This document shows, one piece after another, positions 45,384 through 55,138 of a stretch of 64,000 nucleotides of DNA. Source of the DNA: Syntrophorhabdus sp. PtaB.Bin047. Lineage in GTDB: Bacteria; Desulfobacterota; Syntrophorhabdia; Syntrophorhabdales; Syntrophorhabdaceae. Positions within the stretch are counted from its first letter, which is position 1. Each line of letters opens with the position of its first letter. The DNA lies in assembly GCA_002067235.1 (NCBI GenBank), contig MVQP01000006.1, forward strand, positions 70-64,069, in the 5' to 3' direction. The position numbers and the translations under genes were made by a program. Under the pieces are notes generated by a model, which saw only the letters and a list, made by a program, of their open reading frames with translations, made no database searches and was not told where the DNA came from.

Positions 45384-46871
45384 ATGAACATATTGCTCGT
45401 CAACGTTCCTTCGAGACGAGGCAAAGGCGGATTCACACTTCCCCTTGGTCTCCTCTATGTGGGGGGCATCGTCGAGAGGTGCGGCCACAGGGCGCGGATA
45501 TTCGACCCCTATCTCTGCGACGCGGACCTTGGCGAGGACATCGTCGCCGCGCTGAGGCGGACGATCGAGGATTTCAACCCCCGCGTTGTCGGATTCGGGG
45601 GGATCTCCACATCCTATGGCAGGGCGAAGGAACTGAGCGCCTCCATACGGCGGGACCATCCGGAAATGGTCATGATAGCCGGCGGGGCGCTGTCCTCCGT
45701 GGCGGATCTTCTGTTGACGAAGACCGATGTCGATGTCGTGTTCCATGGCGAAACGGAGACGAGCCTGCCCGCTTTCCTCGATTCGCTTGAAAAGGGAACC
45801 GGTTTCGCCGGCCTGACCGGGATCTCCTATCGGTCAGCCGATGGAGTGGTCGGGACCCCGCCCGTCGAACAGATCGGCGATCTTGATACGATACCTTTTC
45901 CCGCGTATCACCTTGTGGAGCTCGACAGGTATTTCACTGATGTCAATGACTGGCTCGCGAGCTACGAGGTCAACCTGGAGAACCTGCCCGGCAAGGAAGA
46001 CATCCTCCGGCGGATTGAGGGCAAGAGGCGTTATATCCCCATCGTCAGCTCGCGGGGATGCACACACAGGTGCCTGTTTTGCTACAGGCACATGAAGGGC
46101 CACAGGCAGAACACCGTGGGCTACACGATGGCACACATGAAATTCCTCAGGGAGCATTACGGTGTGGAAGGCTTTCAGTTTTGCGATGAGCTGTTCAACG
46201 CGAAGAGATCCTGGGTCATGGATTTTTGCGATGGAGTGGAGCGCGAGAATCCGGGGGTATTTTACCTGATAGGGGGTGCCCGCGTAGACAGAGTGGATGA
46301 GGAGATGCTCCTGAGGCTGAAAGGAACGGGTTGTATCGAGATAAACTACGGACAGGAGTCCGGTTCCGATACCATTTTGAAGGAGTACCGCAAGGGAACG
46401 ACGGGGCGGCAGAACCGGGACGTCACGATCCTCACGACGAAAAAAGTGGGATTGGCGTGCCCCGTGCAGATCGTTATCGGCTCGCCGGGGGAAACGAACG
46501 ATACGATCGAGGAGACCATAGGCCTTCTCAAGGCTGTCGAGGCATATCAGTACTCCATCAACTACCTCATAGCCCTACCGGGAACACCTGTCTGGGATGT
46601 CGTCGAAGACAGAGGTCTTGTTCCCGATGTGGAAAAATATCTGGACGAGGTCGCCGACGTCGGCGGAGCGCCGCTGATTAACCTCACGACCGTGCCGGAC
46701 GATGTATGGAGGGGCTGGACATCGAGGATCAGGAGGGAGATGAGCATCGAGTACGTGAGGAGAAAGGGCCTCAAGGTCCACGACTTCGTCAATATGATAC
46801 TGATACCGCTCATACCCCGACGGCTCAAGAACATCATCAAGCGTTTACGCGGCCTGTACGGGAGGGGATAA
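45384..46871 (+). CDS. B12-binding-domain radical SAM protein (class B type)
   Basis: N-terminal 'ILLVNVPS...LPLGLLYVGG' cobalamin-binding-like domain. 'SSRGCTHRCLFCY' Cx3Cx2C. Confidence 0.85.
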   Translation: MNILLVNVPSRRGKGGFTLPLGLLYVGGIVERCGHRARIFDPYLCDADLGEDIVAALRRTIEDFNPRVVGFGGISTSYGRAKELSASIRRDHPEMVMIAGGALSSVADLLLTKTDVDVVFHGETETSLPAFLDSLEKGTGFAGLTGISYRSADGVVGTPPVEQIGDLDTIPFPAYHLVELDRYFTDVNDWLASYEVNLENLPGKEDILRRIEGKRRYIPIVSSRGCTHRCLFCYRHMKGHRQNTVGYTMAHMKFLREHYGVEGFQFCDELFNAKRSWVMDFCDGVERENPGVFYLIGGARVDRVDEEMLLRLKGTGCIEINYGQESGSDTILKEYRKGTTGRQNRDVTILTTKKVGLACPVQIVIGSPGETNDTIEETIGLLKAVEAYQYSINYLIALPGTPVWDVVEDRGLVPDVEKYLDEVADVGGAPLINLTTVPDDVWRGWTSRIRREMSIEYVRRKGLKVHDFVNMILIPLIPRRLKNIIKRLRGLYGRG

Positions 46872-46881
46872 GGCAGCAGAC

Positions 46882-48411
46882 GTGTCCAGGATCGCCACCA
46901 TTGGAAGGAACATCAGGTTCACAATCTTGAACCGTGTCGCATCCGTCGCCATCACCTTCTTTCTTTTCCCTTACATAGTCCGGGAATCGGGTCAGGAGGT
47001 GTATGGTGTCTTTCTCCTCGTCACCACAGTGACGGGATACTTTGGCCTCCTTGACCTCGGAGTCATGTCGGCGGTGACGAAGTACGTCTCCGAGTACAAC
47101 GGGAAAGGCGATCCCGCGGCGATCAACAGGATCGTCAGCGCTTCGCTTTCGTTCTATGTGCTCGTTGGTCTCGTGGGGGCGTTGTGCCTTCTAGGGTGCT
47201 CGATATATTTCGACCGTTTCTTCAAGATAGACCCCCGGAATGTCGCCCTGGTCAGGCAATTGTTCATCGTTGCCGCCGCATCTTCATTGCTGACCTGGCC
47301 GCTGAGCATATTCCGGGGAACGGTGCAGGGGTTGAACCGTTACGATGTTGAGGCTGTCGTGAATATTGTGGTGCTTTGCATGAACGCGCTGGGCGCCGTC
47401 ATCGTGTTCGGTACTGGGCGCGGGATAGTCCTTTACTTCACCCTCCTGCAGTCGCTCAACATAGCGGGCTGCATTGTGTTCTATGTTGTGTCGAAAAGGA
47501 TCGCGCGGCTCAAGGTATCCTTTCCGTATCTGGAGACGGAGACCTTCAAGTTCATATTCGGTTTCAGTTCCTTTGTGTTCCTGAGCTCCCTGGGGAACCT
47601 GTTCCTTTTCCAGGCGCACAACTTCATCATAGGATACTTTGTGTCTCTTTCCGCGGTGACGGTATACGCGGTGGCCTACAATATCCAGAACTATTTCCGC
47701 ACCATAAACTCGGCGATCGGAGGGCCGCCGTGGACCGTTGCGTCGGAGATGGAGGGCAGGAGGGATTATGACGGCCAGAGGACCCTGCTGTTCAAAGGGA
47801 CGAAATACATGTCCGCCATCATGGTGCCCGTTGTCCTCATAATGCTGTTCTTCGTGGAGCCCTTTGTCAACCACTGGGTTGGACCCGGTTTCGAAGAGAG
47901 CATCCTCCCGGCAAGGATAATCATACTTTTCTGGCTCCTCAACGGCACCGTGGAACCGGCCTCGGGTATGCTGTCCGCCAAGGGTATTGTGAAGCAGCCG
48001 CTCTACATTCAGATCGGGATGGCGGTATTCAACATACTGGTAGGCCTTGCCCTGATCAAGAGCCTTGGCATAATTGCGATGGCCATAGGGCTGACCCTTT
48101 CTTTCGTCCTGATAGGGGCGCCGCTCAACCTCCGGCTCTCGTTGAAGAGCCTCAATGTTCCCCTGTCGACGTACCTCAAGAGGGCTGTGAAGGGAAACAT
48201 TCCCCTGTACCTTTTCGTGGCGCTCCTTTCTTACTTGGTTTCCAGCAACTGGCAGCCGAAGAGCATCTATTCCACACTGATGGGGATGGGCGCGATATAC
48301 CTGGTTTCTCTGTTTCTGTACTATCTGGCGATCATGAACAGCGAAGAAAAGAGAGAAATAAGAAGGCTGGCGGGCGTAGAAGGCATCTATAACAGGGTCA
48401 CCTCGAGATGA
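46882..48411 (+). CDS. wzx: MOP-superfamily oligosaccharide flippase
   Basis: 509 aa with GTG start. About 12-14 TM segments; N-terminus 'NIRFTILNRVASVAITFFLFPYIV' is typical of Wzx-like proteins. Confidence 0.75.
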   Translation: MSRIATIGRNIRFTILNRVASVAITFFLFPYIVRESGQEVYGVFLLVTTVTGYFGLLDLGVMSAVTKYVSEYNGKGDPAAINRIVSASLSFYVLVGLVGALCLLGCSIYFDRFFKIDPRNVALVRQLFIVAAASSLLTWPLSIFRGTVQGLNRYDVEAVVNIVVLCMNALGAVIVFGTGRGIVLYFTLLQSLNIAGCIVFYVVSKRIARLKVSFPYLETETFKFIFGFSSFVFLSSLGNLFLFQAHNFIIGYFVSLSAVTVYAVAYNIQNYFRTINSAIGGPPWTVASEMEGRRDYDGQRTLLFKGTKYMSAIMVPVVLIMLFFVEPFVNHWVGPGFEESILPARIIILFWLLNGTVEPASGMLSAKGIVKQPLYIQIGMAVFNILVGLALIKSLGIIAMAIGLTLSFVLIGAPLNLRLSLKSLNVPLSTYLKRAVKGNIPLYLFVALLSYLVSSNWQPKSIYSTLMGMGAIYLVSLFLYYLAIMNSEEKREIRRLAGVEGIYNRVTSR

Positions 48412-48445
48412 GGGCCCGGGAAGTCGAAGACTGGAGCGTGCAGGA

Positions 48446-49225
48446 ATGGTCTGCTTGAAAGAGAGGTTAAGGAACGGAGAGGTGCTCGTGGGCTCCTGGA
48501 TCACCCTGGCGCATCCGGCGATCGCCGAAATAATGGCCAGGGCCGGGTTTGACTGGCTGACGATAGACCTGGAACACAGTGTCATAACGATACGCGAGGC
48601 GGAGGAATTGATCCGCGTTATCGAGCTTTGCGGAGTTGCACCCCTGGTGCGGGTCTCGGCGAATGATCCTGTTCAGATCAAACGGGTCATGGATGCCGGC
48701 GCGCATGGGGTGATCGTCCCGATGGTCAATACGCCCGGCGAGGCGGCGGATGCGGTCGCCGCTGTGCAGTATCCACCGGCCGGGAGGCGCGGGGTGGGCC
48801 TCGCGCGCGCACAGGGGTACGGGACGGGATTCCGGCCATACCTGGAATGGCTGAGGGCGGATGCGGTGGTGATCGTTCAGGTCGAGCACGTCGATGCGGT
48901 GAACTGTCTGGAGGATATACTGTCTTTACCGGGTGTGGATGGGTATTTCATCGGACCCTATGACCTGTCGGCATCAATGGGCCTTGCGGGGGAATTTGAC
49001 CACCCGGAGATGGTCGGGGTGCTTGAGCGCATCAAGCGTGCAGGTGAGGATTTCGGAAAGCCGGGCGGCTTACATGTCGTTGAACCCGATACATCGAGAC
49101 TGGAAGAGTGCATAAACCAGGGGTTTCGCTTCATCGCGTACAGTTTGGACACCAGAATGCTGGACAATGCCTGCAGGACGGGGCTTTTAGCCGTCAGGGA
49201 GAGTGGGGCGGGACGCGAAGGATGA
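48446..49225 (+). CDS. HpcH/HpaI-family class II (pyruvate-dependent) aldolase
   Basis: 259 aa. 'GSWITLAHPAIAEIMARAGFDWLTIDLEH', 'IVQVEH', 'FIGPYDLS'. Confidence 0.85.
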   Translation: MVCLKERLRNGEVLVGSWITLAHPAIAEIMARAGFDWLTIDLEHSVITIREAEELIRVIELCGVAPLVRVSANDPVQIKRVMDAGAHGVIVPMVNTPGEAADAVAAVQYPPAGRRGVGLARAQGYGTGFRPYLEWLRADAVVIVQVEHVDAVNCLEDILSLPGVDGYFIGPYDLSASMGLAGEFDHPEMVGVLERIKRAGEDFGKPGGLHVVEPDTSRLEECINQGFRFIAYSLDTRMLDNACRTGLLAVRESGAGREG

Positions 49226-49874
49226 TACTCATCGGGGCAAGTCTCTGGCTGAAAGTGTCTTGTTCCGAGACGCGGGGAGACCTTATAGATTGGCGGACCT
49301 TCTTAAAGACGAATTGAATGATTGGATAGAAGGCTTCGTCAACTGTGTTCCGGGACGTACCGGTTCCATACTGCGACGGGCGTGGTTTAGCCGCAGACTG
49401 GCAGAGCTGGGACCGGGGTCGGTCTTTGAGGGGAGAGTGAGGATCGGGGGGTGCAAGAATATCAGGATCGGCAGGAGTTTTTCGGTCATGTCCAACTCGT
49501 CCCTCTGGGCGTGGAGGGGACATATTGAGATAGGAGATAGGGTATCGATGAACTCGAACGTGATCGTCGATGCCTGTGATGATGGAGTCATCAGGATCGG
49601 CAACGATGTGCTGATCGGACCGAACGTGGTGATGCGGGCCAGCAACCATGTGTACAAGTCGCCCGACAGGCCCATCAACCGGCAGGGACACACGGGGGGA
49701 ACAATAGTCGTGAGGGACGACGTGTGGATCGCATCGAATGTGGTTATTGTTCCAGGCGTGACCATAGGGGAGCATTCCGTGATCTCGGCATGCTCGCTGG
49801 TTTCGCATGATGTTGAACCGTGGACCGTCGTGGGCGGTGTCCCCGCCGCCGTGATCAAACGGCGCGAGCAATGA
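49203..49874 (+). CDS. left-handed beta-helix (hexapeptide) acyl/acetyltransferase
   Basis: Hexapeptide repeats 'IGDRVSMNSNVIVDA', 'IGNDVLIGPNVVM', 'VWIASNVVIVPGVTIGEHSVISACSLV'. Start uncertain; as tracked it overlaps the aldolase gene by 23 nt. Confidence 0.8.
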   Translation: MGRDAKDDTHRGKSLAESVLFRDAGRPYRLADLLKDELNDWIEGFVNCVPGRTGSILRRAWFSRRLAELGPGSVFEGRVRIGGCKNIRIGRSFSVMSNSSLWAWRGHIEIGDRVSMNSNVIVDACDDGVIRIGNDVLIGPNVVMRASNHVYKSPDRPINRQGHTGGTIVVRDDVWIASNVVIVPGVTIGEHSVISACSLVSHDVEPWTVVGGVPAAVIKRREQ

Positions 49875-49891
49875 ACAGAAAGGAGTGATAA

Positions 49892-50671
49892 TTGAACATT
49901 CTGGGAATAGTTCCAGCAAGGATGGCCTCGACGCGGTTTCCGAACAAGCCCATGGCGCCCATTCTGGGGATGCCGATGATAGGTCACGTCTATCATCGAT
50001 GCTGGTTATGTCCGAGCCTTTCAGACCTCTGGGTCGCGACCTGCGATCCTGAGATCGTGGAATACGTCGATTCCCTGGGCGGCAAGGCCGTCATGACTGC
50101 TGACACGCATCAGCGCGCCTCCGACAGGGTCGCTGAAGCTCTTCTCAAGATAGAGGCGGCGACAGGCGTTCCCGCAGACTACGTCGCGATGATCCAGGGT
50201 GACGAGCCGATGCTGGACCCCCGGATGATCGAGGAGCTTGCGGCCCCGGTCATGAAGGGCGGCAAGGTTGAGGTCGTGAACCTGATCATGAAGATCGAGT
50301 CCCGCGAGGAATTCGAGAATGCCAATGTTGTCAAGGTCGTGCTGGCCCAGGACGGTTCCGTCCTGTATTTCTCGCGCGAGCCCATTCCTTCCGGCAAGAA
50401 GTTCCAGGGTGACATCCCGATGTGGAAACAGCTGGGCATCATCCTGTTCAGCCGCGGGGCGCTCCTCGAGTACACGAGGATGACGCCCACTCCCCTTGAG
50501 ATCATCGAGTCCGTCGATATGAACCGCTTCCTGGAGCATGGAGTGAAGATCAAGGCGGTGCCTGTGGACTATCGCACTTTCGGGGTGGACATCCCGGGTG
50601 ACGTGAGGCTCGTTGAGCCGCTGCTGCGGGAAGACCCGGTGACCGGCAAGTATCTTCCGGATCGGGGATAA
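49892..50671 (+). CDS. KdsB-like CMP-(keto-deoxy sugar acid) cytidylyltransferase
   Basis: TTG start with AGGAG 7 nt upstream. 'GIVPARMASTRFPNKPM' and 'IQGDEP' are closer to the KdsB pattern than to NeuA. Confidence 0.8.
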   Translation: MNILGIVPARMASTRFPNKPMAPILGMPMIGHVYHRCWLCPSLSDLWVATCDPEIVEYVDSLGGKAVMTADTHQRASDRVAEALLKIEAATGVPADYVAMIQGDEPMLDPRMIEELAAPVMKGGKVEVVNLIMKIESREEFENANVVKVVLAQDGSVLYFSREPIPSGKKFQGDIPMWKQLGIILFSRGALLEYTRMTPTPLEIIESVDMNRFLEHGVKIKAVPVDYRTFGVDIPGDVRLVEPLLREDPVTGKYLPDRG

Positions 50672-50672
50672 C

Positions 50673-51653
50673 ATGAAGGAAGAAGACATCCGCAAACGGT
50701 CCACCCTGAACCGGTACCTTGAGCTTGTCAGGGAAGATGCCGCCAGACTTATCCGGGATGCGTCGGGGTTTCACCGGACCGCCTGTCCGGCCTGCGGCGG
50801 AAATGACCTTGCCCGTCAATTTGAGAAGTACGGCTTTCAGTACGAGCAGTGCAGGGTATGCGAGACCCTCTTTGTGAACCCCCGGCCGAAGTACGAGGAC
50901 CTGATGAGGATATACATCGATTCCCCATCGACACGGTACTGGGTGACGGAGTTCTTCCTTCCCATGGCGGAGACGAGGCGGGAGGTGATCTTCAAACCCA
51001 GGGCCCAATTTGTTGCCGAGCGTTTTCCGGAGGTCAGGTCCGGCAGGACGGCGGATATCGGAGCGGGATTCGGCCTGTTCCTGGAAGAGCTGAAGATACT
51101 CTGGCCCGGGTCGGACGTTGTGGCGATCGAGCCTTCCGTGGACATGGCCGGTATCTGCCGGAGCAAGGGCCTGACCGTGATCGAAGAGAGTCTGGAGGAT
51201 GTCCGGAACGCGGAAGGGTTCGATCTAATGACCGCTTTCGAGCTTTTCGAGCATCTCCATGATCCAGCCCCTTTCGTCGCAAAGGTGCACGAATTGCTGA
51301 GACCCGGGGGTTTCTTCTTTCTCACAACACTGAACGGCCTCGGATTCGATATACAGGTCCTGTGGGAGGGTTCAAAAAGCATCTTCCCCCCCAATCATCT
51401 GAATTTCTTCAATCCCGGCTCTATGGTGACGTTCCTTGAGAACAGGGGGTTTTCGGTGATCGAAGCGGCGACTCCCGGTCAGCTCGACTGGGACATCGTG
51501 GAGGGGCTCTACCGCAATGAAGGGGTCGATCCCGGGCGTTTTTTCAGCACCATTGCGCGGCATGGCACAGAGGATGCGAAGCGGGGTTTTCAGGAGTGGA
51601 TCCGGCGGAACAATTTCAGTTCCCACATGAGGATCATTGCGAGGAAGGTCTGA
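50673..51653 (+). CDS. class I SAM-dependent methyltransferase with N-terminal Zn-ribbon
   Basis: 'CPACGG...CRVCETLF' followed by 'ADIGAGFGLF' motif I. Confidence 0.8.
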   Translation: MKEEDIRKRSTLNRYLELVREDAARLIRDASGFHRTACPACGGNDLARQFEKYGFQYEQCRVCETLFVNPRPKYEDLMRIYIDSPSTRYWVTEFFLPMAETRREVIFKPRAQFVAERFPEVRSGRTADIGAGFGLFLEELKILWPGSDVVAIEPSVDMAGICRSKGLTVIEESLEDVRNAEGFDLMTAFELFEHLHDPAPFVAKVHELLRPGGFFFLTTLNGLGFDIQVLWEGSKSIFPPNHLNFFNPGSMVTFLENRGFSVIEAATPGQLDWDIVEGLYRNEGVDPGRFFSTIARHGTEDAKRGFQEWIRRNNFSSHMRIIARKV

Positions 51654-51654
51654 G

Positions 51655-52683
51655 ATGACGGGAGACACACTGAGAGTCGGGATAGCGGGTTACGGTGTTG
51701 TGGGGAAACGCAGACGGCAGTTCATCGACATACATCCCCGACTGGCGACGGTGGCGGTCTGTGATCAGAATTACGCGGCACCCGGAACGCTTATCGACGG
51801 AGTAAGGGCCTATTCAACGTACAGGCAGCTCCTCGAGGAACCGCTGGACGTGCTCTTTGTCTGCCTGCCGAACTACCTGGCGGCGGAGGTGACGATAGCC
51901 GGACTGGAGAGGGGATTGCACGTGTTCTGTGAAAAACCCCCCGGCCGGAATATCGAGGACGTGCTGGCGGTTCAACAGACAGAGAGGATGCATCCGGGAC
52001 TGGTCCTGAAGTACGGCTTCAACCACCGCTACCACGGTTCTGTTACCGAGGCCCTCAAGATCGTGCGCTCCGGTGAGCTTGGTGACATCATCAACCTCAG
52101 GGGTGTGTACGGAAAGAGCAAGATCATCCCCTTTTCAGGCGGATGGAGGTCAGAGAGGCGTTATGCCGGGGGCGGGGTCCTCCTCGACCAGGGTATCCAC
52201 ATGGTGGACCTGATGAGGCTCTATTGCGGCGATTTTGTTGAGATCAAGAGCTTCGTGGTGAATGACTACTGGAAACATGACGTGGAGGACAACGCGTATG
52301 CCCTGATGCGCAACAAGAAGGGACAGGTTGCCATCCTTCATTCTTCCGCCACCCAGTGGCAGCATCGCTTTGTCCTCGAGATCACCCTTGCGGACGGCTA
52401 TCTCGAACTGCGGGGGATCCTCTCGGGCTCCAAGAGCTATGGGGAAGAGCAGCTCATCGTCGGCAGGCGGGATGAATCCGATGTCGGGACCCTTCGAAGC
52501 GAGACCATCAAGTACCTTGACGATAACTCCTGGCGCGACGAGATCAATGAATTCGCGGACTCGGTCATCCACGGGAAACCGATCCAATCGGGAACAAGCG
52601 ATGACGCTCTGGCCACGATGCGTCTTGTTTATCAGATCTACAACGCGGACCCTCAATGGAAAGCGGCCTTCAACATTGAGTGA
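51655..52683 (+). CDS. Gfo/Idh/MocA-family NAD(P)-dependent oxidoreductase
   Basis: 'RVGIAGYGVVGKRR' Rossmann and the 'CEKP' motif. Confidence 0.85.
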   Translation: MTGDTLRVGIAGYGVVGKRRRQFIDIHPRLATVAVCDQNYAAPGTLIDGVRAYSTYRQLLEEPLDVLFVCLPNYLAAEVTIAGLERGLHVFCEKPPGRNIEDVLAVQQTERMHPGLVLKYGFNHRYHGSVTEALKIVRSGELGDIINLRGVYGKSKIIPFSGGWRSERRYAGGGVLLDQGIHMVDLMRLYCGDFVEIKSFVVNDYWKHDVEDNAYALMRNKKGQVAILHSSATQWQHRFVLEITLADGYLELRGILSGSKSYGEEQLIVGRRDESDVGTLRSETIKYLDDNSWRDEINEFADSVIHGKPIQSGTSDDALATMRLVYQIYNADPQWKAAFNIE

Positions 52684-52702
52684 GGCAAAGGGGAAGGACG
52701 TC

Positions 52703-53422
52703 ATGAAGAAGGACCTTCATAACCTCAATGCTCTCGTCACGGGCGGCACAAGGGGCATAGGGCGCGCTATAGCAAAGAGGCTCAGCGACGGTGGAGCAAA
52801 CGTGACGATAACGGGTACGCGACCCGCAAGCCCCTCCCCAGACGGCATCGCCTGCAAGACCGTGGATTTCCTTGATCCCCGCAGCCGGGACGCCTTTGTC
52901 CAGGAGGTGGCGGACATGGACCTCGACATACTCGTGAACAACGCGGGTATCAACAGGATAAGCGATTTCGAGGGGATCGATCCCGCCGATTATGAAAGCA
53001 TATACCAGGTCAATGTCTTCGCCCCCTTCCTCCTGTGCAGGGCCGTCATCCCCGTCATGAAACGAAAGGGGTGGGGCCGGATCGTCAACATAAGCTCCAT
53101 CTTCGGGAAGGTGAGCAAGGAATGCAGGGCGTCATACTCAGCCAGCAAGTTCGCTCTCGATGGAATGACGGCGGCGTTGGCCGCGGAGGTCGCGAGATTC
53201 GGGATCCTGGCGAACTGCGTTGCCCCGGGGTTCGTAGATACGGAGTTGACACGGACCGTGCTGGGAGATGCAGGGATGGCGGAGATGGCCTCAAGGATCC
53301 CCATGGGGCGCCTGGGAACTCCTGAAGAGATAGCCGCTTTCGTCGCATGGCTTGCCGGTCCGGAGAATACCTACATCAGCGGTCAGAACATTGCTGTAGA
53401 CGGGGGTTTTACAAGGGTTTGA
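52703..53422 (+). CDS. short-chain dehydrogenase/reductase (FabG-like)
   Basis: 'VTGGTRGIGRAI', 'NNAG', 'YSASKFAL'. Start at ATG 52703; the longer tracked ORF is rejected. Confidence 0.88.
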   Translation: MKKDLHNLNALVTGGTRGIGRAIAKRLSDGGANVTITGTRPASPSPDGIACKTVDFLDPRSRDAFVQEVADMDLDILVNNAGINRISDFEGIDPADYESIYQVNVFAPFLLCRAVIPVMKRKGWGRIVNISSIFGKVSKECRASYSASKFALDGMTAALAAEVARFGILANCVAPGFVDTELTRTVLGDAGMAEMASRIPMGRLGTPEEIAAFVAWLAGPENTYISGQNIAVDGGFTRV

Positions 53423-53468
53423 AAAAGGCGCCGTACATCTATCGTGGCGGAAGGGGAGGGGACCTGTC

Positions 53469-54437
53469 GTGAAAGACCCGACCGCCGTGGCTGTTGCCTC
53501 ACGATCCTTCTCCCGGCATCCCGTGTTGCGCGAAGAACTCATGTCCCGCTATTCCCGTGTTCGTTTCAATGACTCGGGGGAGACGCTCGCAGGGGAAAAT
53601 CTGGTAGGCTTTCTCGCTGGCTCCGTCAAGGCAATAACGGCCCTGGAGCCTCTTGACGAAAAGACACTGTCCTCGCTGCCGGACCTCAGGGTCATCGCAA
53701 AGTACGGGGTGGGTCTCGACATGATCGATCTTGACGCCATGGAGCGCCTCGGTATATTGCTTGGTTGGACGGGAGGTGTGAACAGGCGCTCTGTGGCCGA
53801 GCTGACCCTTTCATCGATGATCGCCCTTCTGCACAGACTGCCGGAATCAGGCAGCGATCTCAGATCAGGCGTCTGGAGACAGATAAGGGGCAGACAGTTG
53901 ACGGACAAGACTGTTGGTATAATCGGATGCGGCAACATAGGAAAGGACTTGATCATCCTCCTGAAACCATTCGGGTGCCGGATCCTGGCAAACGATATAG
54001 TTGATTACGCGGAATTCTACCGGGAGCATGGAGTGACCCCGGTCGGCCTGGAGGAGTTGCTGAGCAGCGCCGACGTGGTGACGCTGCACGTACCCCTGAA
54101 CGGCTCAACGCGTAACATGATCAACGCCGGGAGCATGGCATTGATGAAGGAAGGCGCATGCTTGATCAACATGGCCCGGGGTGGTCTCGTTGATGAAACT
54201 GGGTTGTTGGAGATGCTTCGGGAGCACCGGCTGGGCGGGGCGGCCCTCGATGTCTTCAACAGCGAACCGCCGGACAATCCCGGGCTTCTCAATCTGCCCA
54301 ATGTCATCGTGACATCGCATATCGGAGGGAGTACGGAGGAGGCGGTCCTGGCAATGGGAAGGGCGGCCATAGACGGCCTCGAGAACGCGGCCAGGGTGAG
54401 CAGCATAGTCCCGGACTACCTGCGCGTGTCGCGGTGA
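53469..54437 (+). CDS. D-isomer-specific 2-hydroxyacid dehydrogenase family protein
   Basis: GTG start. 'VGIIGCGNIGKDL', 'ARGGLVDE', 'TSHIGGST'. Confidence 0.85.
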   Translation: MKDPTAVAVASRSFSRHPVLREELMSRYSRVRFNDSGETLAGENLVGFLAGSVKAITALEPLDEKTLSSLPDLRVIAKYGVGLDMIDLDAMERLGILLGWTGGVNRRSVAELTLSSMIALLHRLPESGSDLRSGVWRQIRGRQLTDKTVGIIGCGNIGKDLIILLKPFGCRILANDIVDYAEFYREHGVTPVGLEELLSSADVVTLHVPLNGSTRNMINAGSMALMKEGACLINMARGGLVDETGLLEMLREHRLGGAALDVFNSEPPDNPGLLNLPNVIVTSHIGGSTEEAVLAMGRAAIDGLENAARVSSIVPDYLRVSR

Positions 54438-54464
54438 GGCAGGACGGCACGGAAAGACTGGAGG

Positions 54465-55079
54465 GTGTGGATGCAACATCTGAGAGAAATGTACAGCAGT
54501 TCAAAGAATGCGTCTGAGTATTTTCGGTCTTACTTTTCGCACATAAGTGACCTCCTGATGGATCTTGATACCGGGGCCATCAACAGCGTCATTGAGTGCT
54601 TCCTGAAGGCGAGAGAGGAGAGGAAGACGATATTCTTTGCGGGTAACGGGGGCAGCGCCGCGACGGCATCCCATTTCGCGCAGGACCTCGGAGAGGTGGG
54701 AAGAAAGGCCGGGAAACGCGGTTTCAAAACGCTGAGCCTCACCGAGAATGTCTCCCTTCTCAGCGCCGTGGGAAACGACTACGGGTTTGAGCAGGTCTTC
54801 ACCGTTCCTCTCGTCGAATTGTTCAACGCAGGGGACGTTCTCGTCGCGATATCGGCAAGCGGCAACAGCCCGAATGTCATCAAAGCCATCGAATTCGCCC
54901 GCGACGCCGGGGGTGAGACGGTGGGTCTCGTCGGATTTGACGGGGGCAGGATGAAAGACATGTGCGATCATGTTATCCACGTGCGGACGGATGTCGGCTC
55001 CTACGGTCCCGTGGAGGATGTGCACATGGCGATGGACCACCTGATCACGTCTTATCTTATCCTGAGGCTTTCCGAATAG
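54465..55079 (+). CDS. SIS-domain sugar-phosphate isomerase (GmhA-like)
   Basis: 'IFFAGNGGSAATASHFAQDL' and 'ISASGNSPNV' as in phosphoheptose isomerases. Confidence 0.8.
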   Translation: MWMQHLREMYSSSKNASEYFRSYFSHISDLLMDLDTGAINSVIECFLKAREERKTIFFAGNGGSAATASHFAQDLGEVGRKAGKRGFKTLSLTENVSLLSAVGNDYGFEQVFTVPLVELFNAGDVLVAISASGNSPNVIKAIEFARDAGGETVGLVGFDGGRMKDMCDHVIHVRTDVGSYGPVEDVHMAMDHLITSYLILRLSE

Positions 55080-55138
55080 ATGAAGCGTCCAGAGAGGACC
55101 GGGTCCGATCAGGTGGGGCGCTCAAGGAGGCATCGCCG

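Noticed and set aside
47284-48585. 433-aa minus-strand ORF opposite wzx
   Set aside because: It is a hydrophilic, Arg/His-rich antisense frame of a membrane-protein gene. It has no motifs and would break the co-directional operon.
52328-52702. 125-codon extension of the SDR ORF; similar extensions at 54962-55138 and 11432-11596
   Set aside because: The extensions overlap the preceding genes in another frame and have non-protein-like composition. Internal ATGs with good SD sequences (for example AGGAGG before 55139 and GGAGG before 11431) start the conserved domains.
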